This document shows positions 37,142 through 49,711 of a stretch of 64,000 nt of DNA, one piece after another. The translations under genes and the position numbers were made by a program. Within the stretch, counting starts at the first letter, position 1, and each line of letters opens with the position of its first letter. The notes beneath the pieces were generated by a model. It searched no databases. It saw only the letters and a program-made list of their open reading frames with translations, and was not told where the DNA came from. The stretch is taken from contig JBHGNT010000008.1 in the NCBI GenBank assembly GCA_043228905.1, positions 4,836,001 to 4,900,000 of the forward strand. Reading direction: 5' to 3'. Source of the stretch: Azolla caroliniana. Taxonomy: Eukaryota > Plantae > Polypodiophyta.

Positions 37142-39289
37142 CCGTAGAGAGGCTTTTTCAGTCAACAAACAACAGTCGGATGTGTAGTTGACCTGAATCC
37201 GGGCAGTTGTATCATGTACACCTCGTCTTCTAGCTCGCCTTGGAGGAAGGCGTTCTTCACGTCCATTTGGTGGAGGTGCCACCCTTTTGCTGATGCAAGC
37301 GCGATCACGGTTTGAATTGTAGTCATCTTTGTCACCAGGGCAAAGGTCTCTTCATAATCGACATCGTGCGTTCGTGTAGGCCTTGTACCGATTGACATGT
37401 GTCGGTTCTTGTGTTCTTGTGTCACCTCGAGTATGTGCCGGTTCTTGTGTTCGACTACTCTATTCTGCTGAGGTGTGTGTTGGCAAGTAAACTCCCGCCA
37501 AATTCCTTCTTGTCGAATGTATGCAGTAAAGACATCAAACAAGTTCTCTTTGTTGTCGTCCGATCGAAGCCAGCATACATGACGATTGGTTGTCTTTTTT
37601 ACTTTGTTCTTGAAATTTTGAAAGTGTGAGAACACTTCACTTTTCTAGCGCATTGGATAAATCCAGGTATGTCTGGAAAGGTCGTCGATGAACATTACAT
37701 AATACCGGCAACCACTGAATGTTGTCGTCTGGGCTGGTCCCCATACATTTGAATGTATTACATCTAGGATCCCTTGCTTATGTTCCTCTCCTTTGGGAAC
37801 AATTTTCAGTGTTGTTTTCCGAATCGACAACCTTCACACACGCCTGCAATTTCCTTTTCGGTAAGAGTCAGGAATCCGATGACAATTCCTTTCGACTGCA
37901 TTCCTTTGAGCTTTTGGAGGTTGATGTGGCCTATCCTCTTGTGCCACAGCTCTATGTCAGGGTTGGCTTTCTGGCCCTTGGCATACATTGCCGACTTCAT
38001 CTCATGAGGGTCGAGGACCACGAGCGATAAGTCAACCTTCTTTTTCAATGAAGCATCCTCCATCGTTGAAGTGGACTTGCATGCCTTGTTCGACTATCTA
38101 GCCAACTAAGACCCGATTCTTTCGTTATTGTCGGAACATGCAGAACGTTCTTGATGTAGGTTTGGTTGCCTTCTTCCCCAAATGGGCCATTGTCGACATG
38201 TTGAATGGGGCGAATTGTGTCATCCCCAATTTCCACATAGCCGGGTCATTCGGGCTTTCGTAGCTCTCTAAACCAATCCTCGTGGGATGTCATGTTGTTG
38301 GATGCACCCGAGTCATCAAACCATACATCTTCTAGTTTGGAGGTGTTGGTCGGGTTGGAGGTTGTCATCGAGTTCGCTATGTGCCTCATCATAAACATTC
38401 CACCACAATTGTCATAGTCGGAGTTGGAGGTGTAGTTTGTGAGATGTAGGTTTGTGGACGCGGACTCACTCTTCTTTTTCCAACACTCTGCCTCATAATG
38501 GCCGAATTTACCACAGTATCAGCACTGGGCGGGATTGTTTTGTCAACTGGGTCCGGCATGATTGCTCCCCCTTCTTCCGGACGCTCCGCCTCACACGTTC
38601 AAAATGTCTTGTCAATAGTAGAAGTTATGTTCTCAGGGTTGCTCTTGGTTGTGTCTACTTTGGCCGAATTGGCCTCTTCTTCCACAACCTTGTCCTCTTC
38701 CTCCATCGAAGTTCGAATAGAGCATTTGTCCTTCTTGTGCATTGTTTCTTGTTTGAACATGTTTCTCCTCAGATGGATTCTGTGCAACAGAAGAACTGTG
38801 TGTGTGTGGAGAGAGAGAGAGAGATTATATTATCATCTTTGGAGGTCAAATATGACCTATGAGACCAAAAATATTACATTTCACGTGATATGTGTACCTC
38901 GAACTATGTCCGGGGCATGCTTGTTCATGAATTATGCTCGAAAGCATAATTTAGTTCTTGTTATTTTATCTATTTTCTCTCTCTTACTTGTTCTCTTCTC
39001 TATGCTCTCTCTCTCGCTATCTCTTAGTATCGAACCTCATCTACTTGTCCGTGACAGTTTGTTCACCTTGATTGTAATGAAGGTGCACCTGAGTATTTAT
39101 ACAAGAATATGGAGGTATGCATGAAAGCTAGAGAACTTCTAGGGTTCTTGAAAGTTCTAGTGATGAATCTGCAATGTAATAAGTTGAATCTTATACAATA
39201 CAATAATGCATAGATGGATGTAGTTGAACTGGTAAAGTTGCCCAATAATACCAAAATGTCATGGGTTCAACCCCCACAATTTCATGTGG

Positions 39290-40504
39290 CATCCTCTCTA
39301 TGACAATAGGTGCATCTGAATGGTGGCTCGAACGATTCTGTCGAGCTTGTATCCTTCTGGAGCATTTTCGTTTTCGATTGGGTCGATTTGCCCCTTGACT
39401 ATCAAGTAGTCTTGGATCTGTTCTTTCCAGAAGTTGAAGTTCAATACGTCAAACTTCCTCAGACTCATCTCTGACGAGCTGGATATTGATGCCATCTGTG
39501 TCGGCTTGATAGAGTTTGTCCGGAGTTGATCACGAACAGTGGTGGAGTGCAGCTAACTGGCTCACTCGATGTCATTCTAGCCAAAATTGGACACAAGTCG
39601 AATCAGTTTCGACTATTTGGTAAATTATGTCCGAAGTGACTACAGTCAATCAACTTAGTCGAATTGAAGCTGAGTTTGCCTATTCGATTTCGAATGTCGA
39701 TTTTCAAGATTTCCGAACACATAGTATGTGCCAATTATCCAAGTCGATCCTGCTTCAGGTGACTATGACAATGAGAGGAACAGATTCAACTAACTTTTCC
39801 AAATGTTGTCTAGCCAAATGAAGCACAGAAGGGGGTTGTTCCTGGAGCCGAGACTACTACGAGTGATTACGATGAGCGAGTAAATAGTGACGATTGACCT
39901 ATTCAATTGTCGTCTAATCAGATGTAGCACGATTGAGGCAGAGCTTGTGAAGCGAAATCTCACTCCGAGCGGCTACAATCACAAGAGTGAAGTGCAACCG
40001 ATTGACTCACTTCAATGCTAATTTAGAACAATGGAGTGCAGATTATGCCAATGTTTCTCTTTGCAAAAATGGTCTTGTAGAGAGTTGTAAATCAAAATCT
40101 TCAAGGTGTACCAGGAAGAATTTCTGATGGAGACAAAGTAGACAGCGGCAGCAGAATCGGAAAAAAACACTAGGCTCTGATACCAGATGTTGAGAACGCG
40201 GTCGTTTAGGTGCGGAATAATCTGAGCACTCTTCTGTGAGGAAATCGTTAATAGATGCAATGAAGAAGATTGATGGGAACTAGAAACAGAATCAAGAAGG
40301 ACAATCAACAAGAACGCAAGAGAGAGAGACATTAGGCACAAGATGAACTATATTTGCAACCACTAGAAAGCTAGGTTACAAAGTCAATTTATATACTGAC
40401 TAACTTAGGCAAATGCCCTTCTCACTATTAACATAAATAGCCTAAACCTAGTGTGTACAAAGGGAGACAATGTTAATGCGTTCATTAGAGACCCGCATTC
40501 AACA
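39290..40504 (-). mobile_element. 5' end of another Ty1/copia (LTR, PBS-iMet, long leader, gag start)
   Basis: LTR at 40188-40504 with TGTTGA...TCAACA ends; PBS at 40174-40185; gag KFDVLNFNFWKEQIQDYLIVKGQ. Confidence 0.85.
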
Positions 40505-43500
40505 CACTCACCATATGTGGATCTTGGTAATTCAAAAACACTTCAACTCTAGTCTTCTTGGGCCTCCCCTATACCCCATTAGGGATCCGCTTTGTTCACC
40601 TCACAAGACATAGACCGGAATTTTGTTGCCTTCGAAATCAATGAAGTGAGAGAGAACTTCTTCATCGGTCTCATAATTATGGTATTAACCCTCGTAGGTA
40701 GTGTATGAGGTCATACTCCCCCCAATCTGAGTTCGGTCATCTCTATCGTGTTCAAGCTCCACTAGTTGGGTACCGATTTGAGGGAGTGGTGGTTGTTGTG
40801 GAAGGATAGCAGGTGGGGTCGAACGTGACATGCATGGCCATTTATGTCCCCGTGACCATCTATGGCCTATCCAACAGCCATATACATCTATTATATACCC
40901 ATGACAATCTACACCCTTCCATTGAATATGAAACCTTGCATTTTCCCCATCATACCATTTTCACTAGAGATCTCTTACACATCCATGATATAGCCATGAA
41001 CATCTATATGCTTACATTACAACTTTGATCTTACAATTAGGTATGCGTCCTTGACACATTCATGATGTTCCATTAACCTTTATACTCTAATATTCTATGT
41101 TCAACATATGTTTTATTCATACCATTAAGTGCGCCATTTTTTGGCAAATAATTAATAGAAGCATTTTGAGCTTTATAAAGGAAATAGGTACAAGACGCAA
41201 GTATCATTTGAAAAAGAAATATATGTTCCATAATACGGGATTACCTCATCATATGGAACTCAAATGTTTTTCCCATAACGGAAACAAAAGAGCTCCAAGA
41301 AAAAGATTATTTTGCTAGGAGATCATTTTATTATTTGAATTACATGTTCATTATTTCCACTCATGCCCATGGTTAATCAACTCTTCGACAATTATGTGTG
41401 GTATCTAACTATCTTGTCAATTCATCACTTTCGTCAAGTAGAAGTACTCTTGAGGAAATTATATAATCTATTCAGTAGAAGAATTAGGGAAATGGTGGAA
41501 AGTAGAGAGCATTTGGGTTTATTGAGTCCCATTCATCACATAACCAATCAATTTTTTCATTTCTTGGTGAATGTGAGTCTCCAACACAAAAGTGTATTTT
41601 TCTTAATTATTTTAAGAAAGACTTGACTTCTTTTCTTCTTCTTTTTTTAATATTTCAAAAAAAAAACATTCACGAACGCTAGATTTTGGCTTATGTATTT
41701 TTTTCCTTTATTATTTTAATACTTACTCATTACACTATGATCCAATGACATCGGGGAACATATGGTTAATCATGATGTGATTAGTGTTGTATTTTGTAAG
41801 GATGGTGTTCTAACTAAAGTAATTAACAATATATTTTCACCATCATTAATGTTAACATAACAAGTATCATTATAATTTGGATTAGTTTTGATGTTATGAA
41901 ATATTTACTTGGAAGCTTCCATATGTTTTGCTATTATGTTTCAAATGTTGATTGTTTAGCATGGAGAAACCCACAAATGTAATTTAGACAAGTTCATTAA
42001 TATGAAGATAGATGCATGAATGTTGTTAAGGTTGCTAGAGGAGTGGTCAACAACACCATATTCCTACATTTTATGAGCAATCAAAACAATGTCAAAAAAC
42101 TCAATATACTCTATGAATAATTGGAATGATATCACAAATTCCAATATTTTATGATAAATCAAAACAACGTCAAAAATCCCGGTATTTTATGGACAAACCA
42201 AAAATCGAGAATCCCAATATTGTATAATAATTAAACATGATGGATTTTGTTTGCCTTTTTTTACAACATTTCTGATTTTTTATACAAAACACTACATAAA
42301 CATTGGTATACAATGTTGTTTTTGTAAATGCTGCTATAGAATAGAAATGTGTAAGTTGTGTGTCGAAAATGCCCATTCTATTGTGGTGATTAAGACCTAG
42401 TATCATGAGCTTTCAAGGAAAGGCAAGAGCCATGTAGTTGTTGACCTTAGAGTCATTGGAGAATCTTTTTCCCACCATTACAATTACACCTCATTCTAAA
42501 CTATGTAGGATCATTACCTAAGAAAGTTCATAAGATTGAAGACTTTAGAGATCTCTCGAAGAAATAATTTACTTGACCCTTCATGTCCAAATCAAACTGT
42601 AGAAATTATGTACCAATCAATGAGTCTCCTCCAGCCTAGGATCCAACACAAAGCTTGAGAGATTATGTACCTGCATCTTTTGATGGTGCACTTAAACGTT
42701 TTATAGAGATATCATTGAATGATTGGACAAATATGTGTCTAAACTTAGAAAAGGACATGTTCCTCAACATGTTGTGACAATTGGCTCCAAATTCCATTTA
42801 GCCCGATATAGATAATGGGACAAAACATCAAACTCAAGAGGCTACCCAATGTTTTTCGACCATCTAGACAAAATCTTTATTGAATGGATCTCGCAAGTTT
42901 GCACCACCTTACAACATAGTCTTTTGCCACTTCAAGATCAATGTGACCAAATACATTATAACACTCATATTGACATTAGATTTTTTCCTATTTATAAATG
43001 TACTTAGCTCAAATATCCAACACACAAGTAATGTATAGTACGCATGCCTAACAATTCATAAAGTATTTATGTATGAAAGGAGTGCCAATAATGCTATGAT
43101 ATCAATAGTAGAGACAATATTCGTCACATTTCAATTTATACATACTATGGTGTTTGTCAAGTATTGATATAAAAATCAAGGTTGGAACATTATTTTAGCA
43201 ACTACAAGTATGGAATCTAAAAAGAATCAAATTAATGCTTTCGGCAAATTAGCCGAAAAAAACTCACTTTTAAGCTTTAAAGACACCCATAAATTCGTTA
43301 CTTGTGTAGATTGGTTTGCCTTTTAGTGTTATAACCACTCATACCAACCCCTATCATAATGTACTTAAATCTCTTTCCAATGAGCTCAAGATGCTCTTTT
43401 AAGCAAGCCCAAAAGGCACTTAAAGAGTGTCAACTCCTTATTTCAAGTCATTTTGAAAAGAATGGGGTAGAGTTTTGCCATATGCATGGTACCCTAATGG

Positions 43501-43807
43501 CGACTTTTGCGTAGAAAGAGTAATATGTCACATCGCATAAGTTGAAGCTTTGTTTTTGTTGTAGGCTTTGGCTATCCTAGTTAGAATGATAAAACATCAC
43601 ACCTTTTTAATACATATTTTCTCCCATGTTGATGATCTTTTTTTAATTTACTTTAACTTTGCAACATGGAGAAAAACTACCACCTTAAGGAAAGGGTAAA
43701 TACAAATACTTTGTCAAACTATGTTAGCAATGTTGAAATAAACTAGATAATAGTGTAGTGAAAAATGAATGTAGATGAATGAATCTTTTTCCATGTGCTT
43801 TGTGCAT

Positions 43808-43837
43808 GGATAACACAAATATTGATGGTAAAAAATT

Positions 43838-43886
<49 letters not shown>

Positions 43887-43955
43887 GTTGGATAACACAA
43901 ATATTGATGGTAAAAAATTGGAAAGAGAGAGAGAGAGAGAGAGTAGAGGTTGGAT
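43808..43955 (+). repeat. Tandem duplication of about 80 bp containing (GA)n
   Basis: GGATAACACAAATATTGATGGTAAAAAATTGGAAA(GA)nGTAGAGGTT occurs twice. Confidence 0.8.
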
Positions 43956-44559
43956 TATGGATAGATTCTTAGGTAACACCAATACTTTGAACCAAATCCA
44001 AGTCAAAGACAAAGGTAAGAGTTTTGTAATAAGAGTATATTTATCTGTTTCATTTTTGTCTCTTATGTGTGGCATTTGGTTAACTATAGGATTTGCAGTT
44101 TAGATGAAATAGAGTAAGTATTGGACATGTCCATTAAAAAAAGGATTTAGAACATGTATATTAGAAACTTTCTGATTTAATCATGATTCATAACAATTTA
44201 ATATCCAAGGCCCAACAAGAACTACTACAAATGTACATGCCTTACATATTGTTTATTAGCGATGCCTAGTGAATTTCTAATAATGAAATTGGAAAAACAT
44301 GAATTGAAGAGATATCTAAAGAAATTTATTACAAATTGGGGTTTTCCAAACATATTGATGCCATCAATTGCATTTTTGTAGCTTATTTATCCTCCTACTT
44401 AACCATTCTATAGCTAGAGCCTAGAACTATTAAATAAGACCGTACATTATATAGGTTTGGGTGTAGCCTCAAATGGATCAAGACGGATATAAAATAATAT
44501 ATTAATATATATTATTTCATAGGTGATTTTCATTTTGGAGAGTTAAATATATTCAATGT

Positions 44560-46800
44560 GTTAAAAGTATATGATCACCAACGCACGAAAAAGAAATCCA
44601 AATTTGATATTATAAGTAGAAATGGATCATTTGATATAAACCATTGATATAAGATTGTATAGCTCAACGCAAAGATCATCACCTTTGGAAACATGCCGGA
44701 GGAATTTGGATAGGGGATGATACATCTCATTCCTAAAAGTGGTGGGAGTGCCAATGACATTAGTAAGTGACGGCCCATAACTCTTCTCAATACTGTCTAT
44801 AACATGCTCGCAAAAATCGTGGCACGCCACTTAGCACCACTTCTCCCTCGACTCATTCATCCATCCTAGATAGGTTTCGTTAGAAATTGGAGCATCCTAG
44901 AGAACCTTTTCTCATTCTGGGAAGCATTATACCTTGCCAAGCGTACCCACAACAAGGTAATTGTGGACTGTGGTGCTCCTAGATTTTTAGAAAGCATATG
45001 ATAGGGTATGCTAGAAAATTCTAGAAAGTGTGATGGGGAAACTCGACTTTCAAGATGCATGGATCAAAGGCACTGCAAGACTTTATAGGAACGTCTGCAG
45101 TTGCGTTTCACTAGCAGGTGAAAGGGGCTCCTTCTTTCGAATATCGCGATATGTACAACAAGGATGCCCACTGGCTCCATCCTCATTTCTATTATACATT
45201 GAAGCACTCTCTAGCTTTCTCAACTCGCGGCATCTAAACCTACGTGGTCTTCTTGTGCCACACTCTCACCAAAGCCTCATGGATATAGAATTTGCAGATG
45301 ACTTCGCGGTCTACTTGCATGGGAACTTGGAAAATTTGCAGAAGCTAGAAAGTGCATCAACCATATTTTGCAAGAGATCAAATGCCATGATCAATTGGCA
45401 CAAATCTTGTGCAATATGGCTTTCTCATGAAGCACATCTTGCGTGACACCCACATCCCGCTTTCAAGTGGATTAATCATGGAGGGAGCACCAAATATTTG
45501 GGTTTCCAAATTGGATTCAGCATTTCTCCGGAAACTATGATTGCACCAGTTATTCACCATTCGATAAAAGTTGATACATTGGAGTTTGAAAAAACTCTCG
45601 CTAGCGGGTCGCATCATAGTGGCAAACCAGGTTTTACTCGCAACAACATGGTACAACCTATCATGTTAGAAAATATCCAAGGACAGTACACACCAAATTT
45701 AGCGACTAGTACGCAACTACATTTGGTCTGGTAAGGAAGATCATGCAGCTCGAGCCAAGGTGGCGTGGCCTATATTCACATCACTTAAGTCGAGAGGAGG
45801 ATTGGGTCTTATTGATCCCTTCTCACAATCCAAAGCCCTACTTGCTTAACTTATGGTGCGAGGACTCCCAACCAGGGGATGACTGCTGGAAAATGCTACT
45901 ACGATTACGCTTCGCTTACTTTAGGACACGAAAAAGGGCTAATTAGGCCCCCCAAACGATTTGGATTCTAAACATGGATCTAAAACCTAGTTTCTCAAGC
46001 CAATTGGAGGATAGATTCAATGCATCCATGTGGAAGGCGTGGTGTGACATTAGACAAGGGTTCAAGTGCAATCAACCTAATTCCGAACATGTCTGGCTCA
46101 ATCAACATATCATATGGAACCCATGTATTAGATATGAATATGATCAACTAATTGGATCAAGTAAGGGGCTGTCATGGGGATACATTGCAAAAGGTCCAAG
46201 AAAAAGTACAGAATGTTGGAGATGGTTTATGTCATTGTCAATATAAGATCAAGCCAACATACTCCATGGAATTAGGGGTAGATGGACTATGAGATCTGAA
46301 ATCATTATCGTTCTACTGATTAGGGAAGTTGCTAATCAAAGGATGACAAAGGAGAAATGGATAGGCTACGAGGAGGAGGGTTCTTTGATCCCAAGAGGTA
46401 GGGAAACACCAGACAAGATCAAAGGCTCTAAATTACAACACAATGAGATACTAACATTGAATATGTCAATTCAAGTACTCGCATATACTGGTCATAAATG
46501 GATGGTCGATCTCGATCCGATCAAAGTACAACCAGAATGGCATATATGTACTCATGAAAACACATGGCTACGTAAGGTCAGTTGGGACCCTTTGCGATGG
46601 ACATGGTGTGATCCTTATGCGGGTCAAGGAAGCACAATCATCCCTTTCTTCCAATTCACAATTAGATTGGGTTGCCACATTCTAGGCGCTCAAATTGTCC
46701 GAGAGCTAGCTGCTGCAAAGGTCTGGCACACATATCATGTTTCACACACAATTATCACCAAGTTTTGGCAGAAAATCTGGAAACAACAACACAATGTCGT
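44560..46800 (+). mobile_element. Decayed L1-clade LINE ORF2 (RT)
   Basis: GMIHLIPK...RPITLLNTVY...LAKIVA, KAYDRV, QGCPLAP and FADD; KYLGFQIG. Confidence 0.9.
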
Positions 46801-47362
46801 GATGTTTCTAACACATAGTGTGAAACCACCCTCGAAAAGAAGTAAAATAGTAGTTCCAATAAACTAGTATTGTGAAGTCAACTTTATTGGTAGCAAAAAT
46901 ACTTTTTCATTTGCCAAAGATAATTCCTTATCAATAAAAGGTCAAAGGATTGAACCATACTATAAATAATGATGAATATTAAGTTAGAGGCAGTTTTCAA
47001 AAGTAGAGAAAAAGATGGGGAGAAAAAAAACACACACATGGATATGAGGAGCACGGTAGAGAAAAAAGCTCATAATTGCCTTGTCAGATGTCCAAATTAG
47101 AAAAGAAAAGATGAATAAGAAAGCTAACCCAAAGAGCTTTCCGAGAATATCTTGCATGTGAAATTTGGTGCTAGAAAACAGAAATAATGAGGAAGAGAAA
47201 CGTTGACTCATATAGACAAAGTTTTTTTTAGGGGAAAAAGGCAAACCATCCTAAACCTATAAATAAGAGCCTATTCTAGTGAAGAAGGGGGGGAGGGAGA
47301 AGGAACATGGAAGCTCTACTCAATTGGAAGGCAAAAGATGAAGGATCAACAACATCAAGAAA

Positions 47363-49156
47363 TGTCGCTAAGTTTTGTGTGCGTGTGTCGCTTGAACGGG
47401 ACCGTCGGGGCCTTGGACCAAGGAGACAGAAGAGGTGAGGGAGTGGGAGATTAAGACAAAGACATGGGGAAAATATACATATGTTTTGATACAAAATAGG
47501 CTTTAATCAACAGTTAGGTTAAATACCACGATTTCAATGGTTATTACAATAATCGGTTATAAATAAACCAAAGGGGCTAAAATAAACTGGTGAAGGCGAG
47601 TCTAGTGGGCTCTGAGTCCGACTACTTCCGATGGCTATGTTGCCTCGATTCAGAGTAGCTCTTGTGCCACTATAACCTCCCTTCCACAACCGGCCACTAA
47701 GTTGTCTACCACCGAGATGTCGAGGAAGCCATTCCTTAAGAAATCCAAACCCTAAAATATCCTGAGTAAGAAGTAGAATACTAGAAGCAAAACTATCAAA
47801 CCCTAAAATCCTAAGTCCTCTATTATGTTGAGGAGAAAAGAAGAAGCTCTCAAACCCTAACCCGAGAAGGAAAAGAAGAAGGAGAAAGGGATAAGGAGAA
47901 AATGAGGCTATAAACCCTAACCCAAGAAGAAGAGGAGAAGAAGATGAAACCCTAGTGGTACACCCCTATGGCAAAATGGGCAACCCCCAAATAAGCCCTA
48001 TCCCTCCTCTCTTATAGAGGAAAGAGGAGCTTATTTTAACATTACATGTTTTTTTATTTATTTCCTTTATCACAAAAATGGAAGGGGAGCAAAATATTCC
48101 TTGATTTGTAAGAAGAGAGACTCAAACTCTACACCTCTCTACATATGCTTATAATTCTTAACCACTAAGCTACTAAGTCACTTATAATTATTATTTTTAT
48201 TTATTTATTTATACATTATTTCATGAGATGTGCGTGGAACCTCGGTTTTTCTCACACTGCACACACCACACCACGACATCCACCCCCACCAAACCGCACA
48301 TCCTCCGGCATGTGCCAGAGAAAAGTGATGTGGTGAGGCCAAAGGTTGTCAACCTTTGTTTTCTTTCCTTCGTTGCGCCTTGCCCACACAAAATCAACCA
48401 TCAGCTTCAACGTAATCTCTTCTTCATCCACCTTTGTCCTCCCCTACCGTTCTTTCATGTCGGGTTCACCAATGTCGCTAAGTTTTGTGTGCATGTGTCG
48501 CTCGAACGGGACCGTCGGGGCCTTGGACCAGGGAGACAGAAGAGGTGAAGAAGTGGGAGATTAAGACAAAGACATGGGGAAAATATACATACGTTTTGAT
48601 ACAAAATAGGCTTTAATCAACAATTAGGTTAAATATCACGGTTTGGGTGATTTCTTTCTTACATAGAATCAGTTTCATGATTAATAAAAAATGGCTATGA
48701 ATCAAAACGGGTTTTTGTTGTCTTTAGAATTGCTAGGCTTGACACCACGATTTTGGTGGTTTTGACAATGATCGGTTATCAAATAATCAATGGCTAAAAT
48801 AATCTAGCGAAGGTGAGTCTAGTGGTCTCCGAGCTCGACTACTTTCGACGGCTATGTTGCCTCGATTCGAAGTAGCCCTCGTGCCACTACAACCTCCCTT
48901 CCGCGATCGGCCACCGAGTTGGCTAACACCGAGATGCCAAAGAAGCCATTGTGGAAGGAATCCAAGCCCTAAAATCTCTCGAGTAAGAAGTAGAATACTA
49001 GAAGAAAAACTCTCAAACCCTAATTCCTCTAGTATGTTGAGGAGAAAAGAAGAAGCTCTCAAACCCTAACCCTAGAAGGAAAAGATGAAAGAGAAAGGGA
49101 TAAGGAGAAAGGGAGGCTACAAAACCCTAACCCTAGAAGAAGAGGAGAAGAAGATG
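47363..49156 (-). mobile_element. Non-coding TRIM-like gypsy derivative: LTR 47363-48278, 194-bp internal part, truncated LTR 48473 to about 49156
   Basis: Internal part carries only PBS-Trp (about 48455-48471) and PPT (48279-48290); LTR ends are TGT...ACA. Confidence 0.85.
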
Positions 49157-49650
49157 GTTGATTTCATGAGGGCAAGGCACAATGAAGGAAAGAAAACAAA
49201 GGTTGACAACCTTTAGCCTCACCACATCACTTTTGTTTGGCACATGCCGAAGGATGTGCGGTTTGGTGGGAGTGGATGTCGTGGTGTGGCGTGTTCAGTG
49301 TGAGAAAGAGCGAGATTCCACACACATCTCATAAAGTCATGAATAAATGAATAATAATAATAATAGATAATTTATAGTAACCTAGTGGTTAGGCCTAATA
49401 AGTATATATAGAGAGGTTTAAAGTTGAAGTCTCGCTTGGTGCAAATCAAGGAGTATTTTGTTCCCCTTCCTTTTTTGTGACAAAGGAAATAAATAAAAAG
49501 CATGTAATGTTAATATAGGTGCCTCTGTCCTCTATAAGAGGGGAGGAATAGGGTTTATTATGGGGTTGCCCATTTTGTCTTCGAGGGGTGTACAACTAGG
49601 GTTTCATCTTTGTAAACGTAAGTGTTTGCGGAAGCGTAAAACAGAGAACA

Positions 49651-49711
<61 letters not shown>

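Larger units (their letters stand above)
19445..38830 (-). mobile_element. Decayed host Ty1/copia C0; 3' LTR split by copia C1 and RT split by gypsy G4
   Basis: 3' LTR at about 19445-19718 plus 29244-29303, with adjacent PPT. RT/RNase H at 29460-30527. KSLY|GLKQAP is interrupted at 30527/37142. Integrase and protease remnants at 37400-38400. LTR-like remnant at about 38770-38830. Confidence 0.75.
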
